Source: Fimicolochytrium jonesii (Eukaryota). From it: DNA of 64,000 nt. Below, in pieces: positions 38,107 through 50,370 of the stretch. Position 1 is the stretch's first letter. Each line of letters opens with the position of its first letter. The notes beneath the pieces are model-generated. The model was not told the origin of the DNA. It made no database searches and saw nothing but the letters and a program-made list of their open reading frames with translations. The position numbers and the translations under genes are program-made. Location of the stretch: NCBI RefSeq assembly GCF_025526975.1, contig NW_026515690.1, forward strand, positions 248,001-312,000, read 5' to 3'.

Positions 38107-39767
38107 ATGGCCAACGAAACCGAAGTCAAAAAGCCCACCCAGGACGATCTCGTCGACGGACTCCAAAACCTCTCCGTCAACGACTCGCCAGCGACTGGCG
38201 CCGAAGGTGGCGAAAAGACAAAGAAGCCCAGAAAGAGGACCAACAAGAAAAAGACAACAAACACCGATGTAAAGACCGAAGCTGAGGAGGGTGTTACTGC
38301 GACTGCGACCACCAATGGAGATGAGAATGGCGATGGAGATGTGACGTCCCCGGCTTCCACGGCACCGAAATATGATAACACTGCCAAGGTTTTTGTCGGG
38401 AACTTGCCGTTCCAGGTTACGAAGGAGGAGTTGGAGGTGGCTTTCGGTAATGCTGGTGCAATGTAGGTTTTGAAAAGGGACGATTTTGACAGAGGAGTGT
38501 GATTTGGGCGACGCGAGCGTCAGCGAGCGGATGATTTTTGCAAGGGACGCGAGGCGTCAGCGAGCGGTTGATTCGCGGAAGGAGCCTGTGACCTGGAGCG
38601 AATGCGGACTGGGCCGAGCGAAGCGAAGAGCAGAAATGCTTGAGGCAGGCGAGCCCTAGGCGAGATCGAGCGTCAGCGAGGTCGCCCAGACTGAACGCCT
38701 TTGCGAGCGACAGCGAGCGCGACCAGAGCGAGCCTACCTTGTGCCAGAGGCGCAATGCTTCCCCCAACCACGGTTCTTAGCGAGCCGAAGCGAGCTACGC
38801 TCCGCCCACCGCCCCCAACATCCTCGTCGCGAGCGGAGAGAGCAGGGTGTCGGGTCAACGATCGACCAGCCATCCAACCATCGCTTCGCCCGTCTGACAT
38901 GAAAGGATCTCTAACCACTTTTTACGGTTTCCTCCTTACAGCGCTGAAGTGAACGTCATCACCCGGGGCGACCGCTCCATGGGCTTCGGCTTCATCTCCT
39001 TTGAGCGGGACGAAGACGCTGACAAGGCTGTCCAGCTCTTGAACGCGACAGACATCGGTGGCCGAACGATCAGTGTGGAACGGGCTCAGGACAAGGATCC
39101 CAACGAACCTCGCCGACGAAGAGGCGGGTTCAGGGGTCGTGGGCGTGGGGTTGGACGTGGACGTGGAAGGGGCGGACGGGGCGCGTTCCGTGGGAGGGGA
39201 CGTGGAAGCTTTGTAAGTTTTGGACGCTGGAGAGGGATCTTTACTCGATCCACGCTCCTGGAATATGCACTAAATTTTCCATGACAATCCCCGCAGAGCG
39301 AGGAAGGAGGTGCTCGGGTCGACCAAGAAGAGCACGAATACACAGAGGGTACCGAAGGCCACGACGGCGAAGCTGGCTCACGCAGCCGGGGCCGTGGTCG
39401 CGGCAGCCGAGGAGGCCGAGGCCGCGGAGCCAGCCGCACCCCCCGATCCCCCCGCGACACCACAGGCGAAACCAGCAAGACGACAATCTTTGTCGCAAAC
39501 CTCCCCTTCAAAGTCGACGACGAAGACCTGGCCTCGATCTTCAAGGGCTACTCCGTCGCGTCCGTCCACGTCGTCAAGCTCCGTAACGGCCGCTCGAAGG
39601 GTTTTGGATTCGTCGAGCTCGCGAATGAAGCGGAGCAGCACAAGGTGTTGCAGGAGTTGAAGAATATTGTGGTGGATGGGAGGGAGTTGGTTATCAAGGT
39701 TGCTATGGCGTACCAGACCCCGCCGAGCAAGGAGGAGGAGGTTAAGGAGGAAGCGGAGCAGGAATAG
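38107..39767 (+). CDS. RNA-binding protein, RRM-RGG-RRM (Sbp1-like architecture)
   Basis: Exons 38107-38462, 38942-39212, 39297-39767. RNP2 VFVGNL and IFVANL, RNP1 MGFGFISF and KGFGFVEL, RG/RGG-rich linker. Confidence 0.92.
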
Positions 39768-41189
39768 GGCGAGCGCAGGCGAGGTTGATGAACCGTTTGC
39801 AAATCTCTCTTTCCGCTGTGTGGTGTGTGCCGCTCGCAGTCTCTGTCCCGTATCCCATTTTTGTTTATCCCCCCGCGAATCCCCCTGTACTATGTCACAC
39901 CCGATTCCAAAACATCCCCCAACAACGCACGCTCGGATCAAAACATGATCTCTTCTCGCTTATACTCTCTCTCGTTCCGTGCCTCACGTACAAAAATATA
40001 AAACATTGGTCATGGCAACAAACACATCCCTCTTTGCTATGTGAAATCTTGCCATATCTGAGTGTCGGGCGACGGGGTTGGTTGGGGAATATCGGGACCG
40101 GAGGGCATGGACATTCACACTTCATCCATGTCGTTGAAGTATGAAGTCGACGCACGTAGGGAGGGAGCGCATATGTTTTTGTCGTCGACTCACTTCCAAG
40201 CATCCGGAAGGCAAGCAAGGCCACACAATTCCTAAGGCCCTTCCTCGGCGGCATCCATCACCTTGCCCAACCCGTCCGGCATCTACGCGGATTCAGATGC
40301 TATCATTCGCACATTTTGCGGGGGATTCACTGGGCGGTCTTTCGTTGACGAGACTCGATCAGTGTACGCGTACGTCCTTGAAAATAATATCACGGACCCG
40401 ACCGATTGTCATGTTGAGAGGGGGTGAGGTTCAATGAAGTGTAGGGATGATGGCTGTTGGAGACTGTCAATCGTTGTCTTTTTCGGGACTGGTACGTACT
40501 ACGTAAAGCGTCGTTGGGTCACTCATCGTCCATCCGAGCTGAATTCAGACAGGTGCCAAATTGACAGGTTGGCGACAACAAACAACGACCGTCACTCCCT
40601 CATTGTTCGGAGGGGCTTTTTTAGCAGTCGGAATGCACCAATAGCGCTGCTTGCCAACACTCGTTCCTGTGGTGAGTTTGAAATGAAACGTTGTCCGGCT
40701 TTTCGGCGTGGCGATTATGCCGGGTTCTATTGTACCGTCCACGAACTTGCGCACGCCCCGTCCCCAGCGGTACCAACAATCATTCCAGCCGCACACCGTT
40801 TTAGTTTAAGTGGCGAAAAACTTCACGCGGTCAAATGAGATGGAAATTTTTTGATCAACATCAGGGTTCAGCGGCGGCGTTGCGTTTGGGAACGTTTTTC
40901 GCAGACTTTCCTGTGCCCCGGGCGGCGGGCCATGTCTCTGCCCGAGCGAATGGGCACCACCCATGTCGAGGGGGCGCGTGGTATCGTTGCTTTTCCCATA
41001 TCAAACTCCGGCTACAACATGTGGGCGGTGATAACCATAACGGGCGGTGATATGAGAGCAATGCCTCGCCCCGCCCGCCCCCCTCGTAAGATTATCTTCA
41101 TAAAGGCTCGTCAGTACCACCACCCCGCCCGCTCGCCGCTTCCATACCCCATACCCCCCCCTCTTACTCGTTTTTTCGTTACCCCTCCT

Positions 41190-42906
41190 ATGTACGGAAA
41201 GACCACCCTCGCCTTCGCGGCGCTGCTCGCGGTCTCCAGTGTCGTCGTCGATGCCGCCACGCCCCCCTCGTTCCCGCCGCCTGTGCCGGCGGAGTTCCCG
41301 GACTGGGACGAGGCAAACGTTATCCCTGCCAAGTTCTTGAAGGAGAAGCTTGTTACTGAGGCTGTTGCTTGTAAGTTGTAGTAACTTCCCTCCCACCCGC
41401 ATACTACGGACGTTGCGCTAAACTGGTGTACATTGATATCGCTTCGCAGGGGTCAACGAAGTCGTCCCCGCAAAGTTCCTCAATCTCAAACCCTCGATCG
41501 GCAACGACCCCGCATCCCTGCAATACCGCGAAGACCCCGTCAAAGCCCACTTCTGGGCCACCACGCACGTCATCCAGAGCAAAGATGTCGACCGGTGCCC
41601 CGGCGCCAACACCTGGGGTCTCACCTTTGACGACGGGCCGTACACGCCGGACCCCACCGCCGACGCCAAGGACACCCTCTCCTCCCTCGACGTGTACAAC
41701 GCGCTCAAGAAGACGGGGATCAAAGCTACGTTCTTCATCAAGGGTGGACCGGCGGTGTTCAACCCTGACCCGCTGAACGCTGCCGTGAAAGACGGAAACG
41801 AGTTGGCGATCCATACCTACAACCACCACCCCATGACGTCCCTGAGCAACGAGCAGATCGTTGCCGAGCTCAAGTACACTGAAGCCATCATCTTCAAACA
41901 CACGGGTCTGGTCCCCAAGTTCTGGCGGCCGCCGTACGGTGTCATGGACGACCGTGTGCGCTACATCGCCGAAGCGTTGGGATACACCGCGATCGTGTGG
42001 ACGGACACGCCGGACATGGACGCGCACGAGTCGGAAGTGGTTGGGGATGGCAGTTTGACGTTTGATCAGAAGGTGGCGAAATTGGTCAAGACCGAGGAGA
42101 GCTGGATGAAGAAACAGGCTGGGTTCATTAGCTTGATGCATGACCATGGCCCGCAGAGCATGAATGCGAATTTGAAGACGATTGAGACGATTGGGAAGAG
42201 GATGAAGGCGGGAACGTTGGGGTTGACTGTGAAGCCCGTAGGCCAGTGTTTGGGGACGGAGGTTTATAGGAAGAAGGGCGTGGAGCCTGTTGGTGGCACA
42301 TCCTCGACCAAGGCGGTTACCACTTCCTCCACCAAGGCGGCTACCACCTCATCTACTCGCACGACCTCCACACGCGCGACCTCCACCGTCAAGACGACCA
42401 CCTCAGCCATCGAGACTGTCACCAGCGACCCGCCGACCATCACCACTTCCTCAACCACTACCTCAGCCGTTGAGACTGTCACCCTCGACCCGCCTACCAC
42501 CATCACCACCCCTTCGAAGCCCACCAGCGAGCCTACCGACGTCCCCTCGAACCCTACTACCCCCGTTGCCGAACCTACGGAAACCACCTCCACCGAGGCC
42601 TGCGATGACGAGGAGACGACCACGACCACCGTGGAGGAGACCAGTACCGTTGAGGCCCCTCCTACCGAGACCGAGACGTGCACCGATGAGCCGGAGCCTA
42701 CCGAGACAGAGACATGCACGGACGAACCCACCGCGGAACCCACCGACGTCTTCACCACAGACATCCCCATCGCCGACCCCGTCACGTACACGTACACCTC
42801 AACCCCAACCTCAACCCCAACCGACGAGCCCGTCTCCTCCGCCACCACCGTGCGCTCCGCAGGTGTCGCGGCCGCCCTCATCGCGGCCGTTGCGGCGTTC
42901 TTTTAG
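41190..42906 (+). CDS. chitin deacetylase (CE4 / polysaccharide deacetylase), signal peptide, Thr-rich stalk, probable GPI anchor
   Basis: Exons 41190-41370 and 41450-42906. NodB motifs TFDDGP, HTYNH, RPPYG, LMHD. Hydrophobic C-terminus SAGVAAALIAAVAAFF. Confidence 0.95.
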
Positions 42907-43328
42907 ATTCTTTTTTGTAGAGTACGTATAGCGGCCTCGTGGATATATATCCCACATATATACGTTTTCTTTTTTCTTTAGATGTTTTTGTAGATTACCA
43001 CACCCGTCCCGACTTTTGGCGTAGGAGATAGGCATTTTTTTTTTTTCCTGTTTGTGTTTTTGAGAAATGTGAAGTGATACGGCGTACGCTATCAATCATA
43101 CCGTGGATGGACCTCTGAAAACGGTGTTCGAATGTTCTGTCGATTTGGACAGTCTCGCACACGAAATTCGGTTCAATTCGTATCTCATTAGGGAAAAAAA
43201 AAACAGCTCGCACGCATATCCCACCCCCCCATGTCTGTCCCTCGCTAACTGTCCACGCTACAACACTCGCTACACTACCCCCCCACCTCTAAACCCCTCC
43301 CGCCCAACTGCAATACCCGTCAGCAACT

Positions 43329-45240
43329 CTACCCTACTCCAGCTGAATTCCACTTCACTAGAACCATGAGGCTAGATGAACCCCATCGCAGCGCGTCCCC
43401 CGCGCTGCACGCGGTCAAAGTCTTCCAGACAGGCGCGCGTGTCGATCGCGTAGGGCCGGTCGCCGTGGAAGAGGTAACTGGCATCCAAAAAAAGCAGAAA
43501 AAGGTTAATGAAGGGCGTCGCTATGATCGTGCGGGGCGATGAGAGTAAACGGCCTTACCTGGGAACTGTGAGATACACACGGGGGACAACGAGATATGAG
43601 GGAGGGTGGTGGTTAACGGCGGGAAGAAAAGGGGGAAGACGGGGAAGAGGAAGCACGTACTGTGGCCCCGGTACCCCGCGATGGGCCTGCTCTCGACCAA
43701 CGCCAGATGGTCCGTGGTGCCGAGGGCTAGTTTCGCTGCCGAGGCCGAGGGCTTGGTTCCTCGTCTGCTTTTTGTTTTTCCGAAAAAGAAAAAAAAAACA
43801 CAAATCAAAAAAAGGCATTTCTCGAACATGTTACCGGAACTCTGAGACTACTGACCCCTCCTTATCGGCGTTGAAGACGGCATAGGCGACCTCGGCGGTC
43901 TGCCCGAACGTCTGCGCGTACTGGCTGCGGCTGCCGGGGATGAAGCCGGTGAAGCCCGGGATGGGGCGGACGGAGTGCGGGGTTGGCGTTGTTGTCGTTG
44001 TTGTGTATGCTTGGTGGGTGTACGGGTGGCTGGAGGCGGACGCGGCGCGGGAGGTGTCGGCGGTGAAGTCGTCGAGGGCTTTGCGGACGTTGTCGGGGTA
44101 CGTCTGTGGGCGTGTAGATGTCAGAGAGGAAGATGGGGAGAAAACGCAAGGATTTTCATCAGCAATGCCAAACTGGAGGAATCCACAGAACCCGCTCCCC
44201 CTCCCCCGGAAGTAAAAGAGAGACATTTACCTCCCCAAAATGATTCTGCAACCTCGGCACAAACCCGGTATACCCGCCGACAAAGGTCTTACTGGGATGA
44301 CCCCTCGGCATCTTATACGGACTCGCGTCGTCCATCGGGCTCGGCGGCACCACCACCTCGCGGCCCTCGACGACCGCGCACCTCGGGCCCACGCCCAGCA
44401 TGTCCGCCGAGTACGTGAAGGACGGGTGCGGGCCGCCGCGGGCTGTTGTCGCGGCGACTTTCCGGACGCCCGAGACGGGGGCGTAGTCGGAGGCCCCCGA
44501 AGCGTTCCCGCACGCAAAGCCGCCGGGTGGGGCGGGTGTACCGCGTTTTGTGGAGGCCAGGACGGGGCGGTAGGGTGAGTTTGCTAGATTGTTCTGCGAT
44601 GTAGATGTGGTTGTGGGGTGGCGTTTGTAGGTCCCGTTGGCGCGGTCGGCGACGATGGCCTTGATGCGGACCGGAAGCTGTTTTTTGGCGTCCAGCATGG
44701 AGTGGAAGTCGGAGAGCGAGGATTGCGTGGTTTCGACGTACGGGTGGCCGAAGTGTTCTTGGGCGCGCGGGATGTAGCCTAGTCCATAACGTGGGAGATG
44801 TGATGTTGAGCATTGTGTTATGTTACAGCTTCTTGGCCAATGCCATGGGGCTGATTTGGCAAACTCAGTTGAAACTCACCAGTGTACCCCGGCACCGGCG
44901 GGAACGAAAACCGATCATCGCCCGTCGCCCTCTTCAACCCCACCGCTCTCTCCCCTTCCTTCCCCCTCTCCCCTCCCCTCCCATTGCCTCCATCTCCCCC
45001 AGGCCCCGCCACCCCACCCCTGTGCCCACCCACCCCCGCCGTCTCCCTGCCCTCCCCCCTCCTCCTCGCAACCTCCCTCTGCAACACGCCCGCCTTGATC
45101 GTCGGATCCATCCTCAGTATATGCCGCGTGGCGTTCCCGTACGTCTGCCCGTACTGGTGCTTGAGGTTAGGCACGAATCCGGCGTAAGCGGGGGTGGCGA
45201 TGATGGTGGTCCCGCCGATGACGGTGTCGATTGTCGACAT
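43329..45240 (-). CDS. FAM166: FAM166/CIMIP2-like ciliary microtubule inner protein
   Basis: Five repeats of the PGY.G..P type: PAYAGFVP, VPGYTGYIP, GGYTGFVP, IPGFTGFIP, IAGYRGHIP, most followed by FG/YG.TY-like segments. Multi-exon GT-AG structure including a 7-nt exon. Confidence 0.85.
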
Positions 45241-46023
45241 CTTTACCGTTTTATTCGAAAAATGTGCTGTGCAGGAGTATTCTACGGTGTTTGGGCGGAG
45301 AATGGGCGTGGCGCCGCGCTGTCGAATTATCCGTCACTTCTCTGGCAATCAGCAGATTCAGAACACGGGGAGTGCGACAACACAACCCCCGACGAAGACA
45401 TCGCAACCCACCCATCAACACAATAAGAACCCACCTCGTCAACGCTCGATGGGATGTTCGGAACCGGGCGATGTGACGAACGTAGCCAACTATGCGATCG
45501 TATATCTATCTGTTCAAAGGTGTATCTATCGGGTCTCCAACCTTCTGCCGCGAAACGAACGTAGGAGAAGTCACAGAGAAGGGTGATGAGAGATTTTTGG
45601 AGAGTCTTCCTTGTCAGACGAGGCGTCTGCACAGAAATCGTCGGGAAGGGGAGATCCAAAGGGGCATGGATGCTGTAAGCCGAACCAGAAATTGTAAGCT
45701 TAAAACGTGAACTCGGACATTTTTCGTGTCCCGTCATTGAGCGTCCTTTATGTATTTTGAGTTATGTTTAACGAAGGACTAGCGGACGGTGTATGTAGCA
45801 TTGGTGATGTAACGGGCAGCGAATGTATGTATACTAAATGGAGGTGTGAGGGTATATTGAGCTTTTTCTACATACATGGGATGGTGTGGTAATGGTCCTG
45901 CAGCTGGGGCATATGTTTGCAAATGTGGGATGCATTTGCTATGTGGCTAGAGAAGGGGCTAAATGTGGGATGCAGGCTGGCGTGTGCAGACATCGGCAGC
46001 ACAGGGTTTGTACGATCCTCCCC

Positions 46024-46701
46024 TCAAAGCCCCTTCCCCTCAACAAGCCTCTTCAGCGTTACCCTAGCACCCTCCACAATCAACCGATGTTCAACCTCAT
46101 GGATCCTCTCCTCTAGCGTCTCCAACGTGTCCGTGTCCAAGATCTTCACCGTCTCCTGCAAGACGACATCCCCCCTATCCACCTCCGGGATGACTTTATG
46201 GATCATGACGCCCGTGTGGGTGATGGATTTCGCTTGAAAAGCATGGAACGCGCGTTCTACGGCGTCTATGCCGTCGAATGTGCCGGGGAGCGCTGGGTGG
46301 AGGTTGATGATGGCGTGGCGGGGTGGTGGGAACTGGTTGATGAAGTCGGAGGAGAGGATGTGCATGAAGCCGGCGAGCACGATCAGGTAGGGCTCGTTGT
46401 CGGCCGTTGGCCGTCCTTCGGCGAGTTTTGTTTTGATGGTTTCTGCGAGGGCGAGATCAAAATCGACGCGGGTTTTGCCGGCGTCTTTGAACTTTTTGAG
46501 GGAGAGGGTTGCGGTGGGTATGCCGGCCTTTTCGGCGCGGGAGAGCCCGAAAGCGGCTTTGCGGTTCGAGATGACGAGGGCAACTTCGCCGTTCAACTGT
46601 CCGTTCTGTGTGGCGTCTATTATGGCCTGCAGGTTTGAGCCATTACCGGATATCAGGACGACGATGCGGAGATTCCGTAATGGCGTTGTTGAGTCGCCCA
46701 T
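46024..46701 (-). CDS. ADE8: phosphoribosylglycinamide formyltransferase (GAR transformylase)
   Basis: VVLISGNGSNLQAIID, VLAGFMHIL, INLHPALP, TGVMIH..EVDRG, ERIHEVEH. Confidence 0.97.
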   Translation of the reverse strand: MGDSTTPLRNLRIVVLISGNGSNLQAIIDATQNGQLNGEVALVISNRKAAFGLSRAEKAGIPTATLSLKKFKDAGKTRVDFDLALAETIKTKLAEGRPTADNEPYLIVLAGFMHILSSDFINQFPPPRHAIINLHPALPGTFDGIDAVERAFHAFQAKSITHTGVMIHKVIPEVDRGDVVLQETVKILDTDTLETLEERIHEVEHRLIVEGARVTLKRLVEGKGL

Positions 46702-47274
46702 GGTTGCTTTCTTTTCGCCGGCCGGTTTTGCGACCGAGAGATCACGGGGACTGGCTTTCGTTCGGTAGTTTACTGGGTCTCTTCCTTTCGCCGCTGCTGC
46801 GGAGAGAGAGGACGGCTTTGAAAGGACAGTATTTGGTGGTGGGTGGTAGGTGATGCTGAGCTGGAGAGCTTGAGGGTTTCGTTGGAAGAGAAGAGGCCAG
46901 AATATAAATGGAGGGTGCGGTCACGTGGGAGCAATGCGGTTTAAACAGCCCGTTCTTCTTCATGTGGACTTCGACTTCACACTCGACGGGGTGGTGTGGA
47001 GACCCTTTCAACCAGAAGACATCCCACACCAGGAGTTGGTGTGACGGCCCTTTTCCTCACAACGCAAGACCTAAACAATCATCGTTCCAGTCTACATTTC
47101 CATTCCATCCCATTGCATTTACAAATACCTAAAAAGTCATATCCCAACCCATCCTCCGTCTCCCGCCCTGCCGTGAATACGCCGAACCCCACCCTCGCTC
47201 TTCACCACGCCGTTCTCGCCGCTTCCTCACTCCTCCCCCCGCCGTTCGGTGTTCGCGTGGCCGCCGCGTGGGCA

Positions 47275-49826
47275 TCATGCATGCCGTCTTGACCGCGATC
47301 GTGATTGTGAGCGTCGCCGGTCTTTGGCCGCGGACGACGATGAAGATCTAGACCTGCTGCGCCGTCTTTTGTCGCGGTGGTGCCGACCATGGTCAGATGC
47401 ATGACGGTGACGGTGACGGTGCCGGGTACGGTCCGTGGTAGTTGCATCACGACTACGGCTGCGACTGCGACTGCGGCGTCGTCGTTTGGCGGGGCGAGTT
47501 GGGCTGGGACTCCGAGTGTGGTGATGGTGGCGGGATGTGCGAGAGTCGCGGCTGGGGTTCCGGTTAGGGTGACGGGATCTGCGTGAGTTTGAGTTCGAGC
47601 GTTGGGTCGGGGTGGGGCTTCGGGTACGGTGGCGGGATTTGGGTGGTCTTGAGGATTGTGTGGGGTTGGGGCTCCGGGTATGGTGACGAGATTTCCGCGG
47701 TTTCGAACTCTCGGTTGGGGTGGGACTTTGACTCCGATCACGCATGCGGCGAGGACTGCGACTCTGGTCGGGCTTGCTGCTCTTCATCCGTATCTCAGTC
47801 CCCGCCTCAACAGCATAGTCCTCACCCCCACTCGCCCCCCTCACATCCCCTCCAGCGTCCGACGACAAAGATACACCTTTTACTTCCCCTCCTGGCGATT
47901 TGAGTTGAGCTCTCGCCTCCGGAGGAGGGCCTTTGCGTCCCTGCAATTTCAGCCCGCGGACTTTATCCAGCGCCGCCCTCGCCTGCGCACGTTTCGCCGC
48001 CTTCCGCTCTTCGTCGGTCGATCCCGCGTCGGTGTCCGCCATTTGTATCGTCACCGACGTATCCGCGGTCTCAGCAGGTGGTCCAAGAACCGCGGCAGCC
48101 CCCACTCCACCCCCAATCTCCCCAGCCCCACCACCATCAACCGTATTCCCGGCAACCCTATCCCTCGCCTGATCCCTCACAGCAACATAATATGCATGCC
48201 ACGGGTTCCAAGGCACCAGGAACGCGAACCGCGGGTCGCCGCGGTGTTTGGCTTTGACTTTTTGTTCGAGGTCCGGGCCGGCGCGGGCGACGAAGGTGGC
48301 GAGCTTTTGGATCACTGTTTGCAGGTCGGGGGGTGGTGAAGTTGGGTCGATTGGTGTCGGCGGTGGTGGTTCAGGCGCGGCGGGGGTGGGGAAGGATTTT
48401 AGTGTGGCGGTGGTATGAGCGGTATCTCCCACTTCCCCAGTGGGCACTAACCCCTTAGCCGGCCCCTCTCCTGCCGGTATGATGGGATCGGGCGCCGTCG
48501 CCACATCCTCCTCGCCACCTTCGCTTTCGCTCCCACTCCCACTCCCATACCCAGCAAACAGCCCCACGAGCCCACTCTTCATAACCCCCCTCACATGCAC
48601 ATAATACGCGTTTAGCTCATGCCCCACTTGCAAAAAATCAAATTCGGGATTGCTCGCCTGCTTCGCTTTCACCATAAACTCCGTTTGCGGGTTGGTGCTC
48701 TCCGCGATGAATTTCGCCGTCTTCTCGATGATCGACGCGAGTCGTAGTGTTGAGGGGGCGCGCATGCCTGCGAGTGGTGGGTAGGGGAGGTCGGAGGGTT
48801 GGACGGTGTCTTCCTCGGGTGGGTGGGTATCAGGGTGGGGTTTTTCGTAGCCTACGCCTTCTTCGGAGGAGGGGGAGGAGGACCCGTATCGATGCGCCCA
48901 TCGTTTCCCATCGGCTTCCATACGGCGCATTCGGCGTTTGTTTTGCACGTAGAGGTCACGCTCGTCTTCGGACATGTCGAAGAGGGTTTCTTCCTCGGAG
49001 TCGAGGTCTTGGTATCGCTCGTGATCTAGCTCCTTGTCGGTGCCGGTCTGGGGATCGACGGTGTCTGTGTTTTCGTCATCACTGTCATCATGAACCTCGA
49101 TGACGATGGGAGGACTCGGTTCCCGAGGACTTTGGAACTGGCCCGTGATGTCAAGGTCGTCGTCTGGAAACGATGATAGATCATCGAGCAGATTTCGTAC
49201 ATCATACCTACGGAGCAGAAGATGCTCGATAAGCGGACGATCAAGCAAGGTATAACGTTCGCCTGTCCGGGATGGGACATATCTCCTGCAGCACAGATGT
49301 CGCCCCGCTGCCAACCGCCAATAATGAATCGGAGGGTTGACAGCAGAGGAGTTCCACGCGCTGAAGGCGCTCCGAGCTCATTTACCTACGGCAGTAAGTA
49401 AGGGAATTGGCGGATGGCGGAACTCTCGGGTCCCCGTCTCCCGAAACAGAAAATCTGGCATACATCTCAGACCGACAGACCGTGCGCGGCAGGTGCGTAC
49501 GCCGAACAGCATTATCTCCAAATTGCGTTCACTCTCGACGGGCCGGCGCTGCTCAACCATAATATCTACACAAATCTTGATATCGAACACTCAGTGCAGT
49601 CCCTTCAAATACTATACCTATCAATCATCACCCTCCCCTCCCCAACCGTCCCGCGCCACGCCTGCAGCATATCGCCGCGCTCGATGCTGCCCGCGAGCGC
49701 GTCATCGCGGAACAGGCGGCAGCCGTAGCCGAAGATTAGAAACTCCTTGTCGATGGTGGTGCGCGGGGCTCGGCCGCCTCGTCGGTGGGGGCCGCTGCCA
49801 CGGGGACGGCGGGAGTCGGTGTACAT
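47275..49826 (-). CDS. SFSWAP: splicing factor suppressor-of-white-apricot homolog (DRY_EERY domain, two SURP domains, RS tail)
   Basis: Exons 49826-49618 and 49207-47275. LIFGYGCRLFRDD..IDRYDVRNLL..ERY; SURP IIEKTAKFIA..NPEFDFL and VIQKLATFVA..DPRFAFL; RS-rich C-terminus. Confidence 0.93.
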
Positions 49827-50370
49827 GACAAAAGAGCTGGAGTGAGGGGCCCCCGGCTGGTGCTGGCCTTGCGAATGATGTACCTTTGCCGTTTCCAAGG
49901 CGCCGTGGTTGCTGATAAGCAGATAGGCCTCTATGCGGGCGCTGGGTGTGGGGTGAGCAGCCTGTTCGAGTTTTGCGGGTGCGACAGGGCAAGTGAGATA
50001 AACTCCCCACACGCGTTACTCGGAAGGTCACGTGAACGGTGCCGCATTCATTCCTTCTTCGGACAGGCGCTCAACTGGTAAAAGGGCAGAGTTGTTTAGA
50101 GTGCATGCGACGGCAAACTTCGCATGCATCCCCTACCCTCTCTGCAAACTCGGCTGTGAATTCCGAGGGGGGTCTGCGTGAACACCCTCCAATCCTCCCC
50201 TTTCAGTGCAAAACCGGTCGTCGCGGGCTCTTCCACGCGTCGCCGCAAAAACACGTCCGTAACGCGTCGTCCCGCTCGTTTCCTCGATCTGGACGGAAAA
50301 CGCAGACCGAACCACACCCGGACGAACTCACAGGTTACTCAGCAGCACCACACCTCCCACCCCTCTCAAA

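Noticed and set aside
38463..38941. snoRNA or ribozyme in the long RRM intron
   Set aside because: No convincing C/D or H/ACA box arrangement and no hammerhead core seen by eye; needs an Rfam search.
50334..50346. RFX X-box-like site upstream of B9D1 (gttactcagcagc), with a weaker one upstream of FAM166
   Set aside because: Mismatches to the consensus; too degenerate to call without comparative data.
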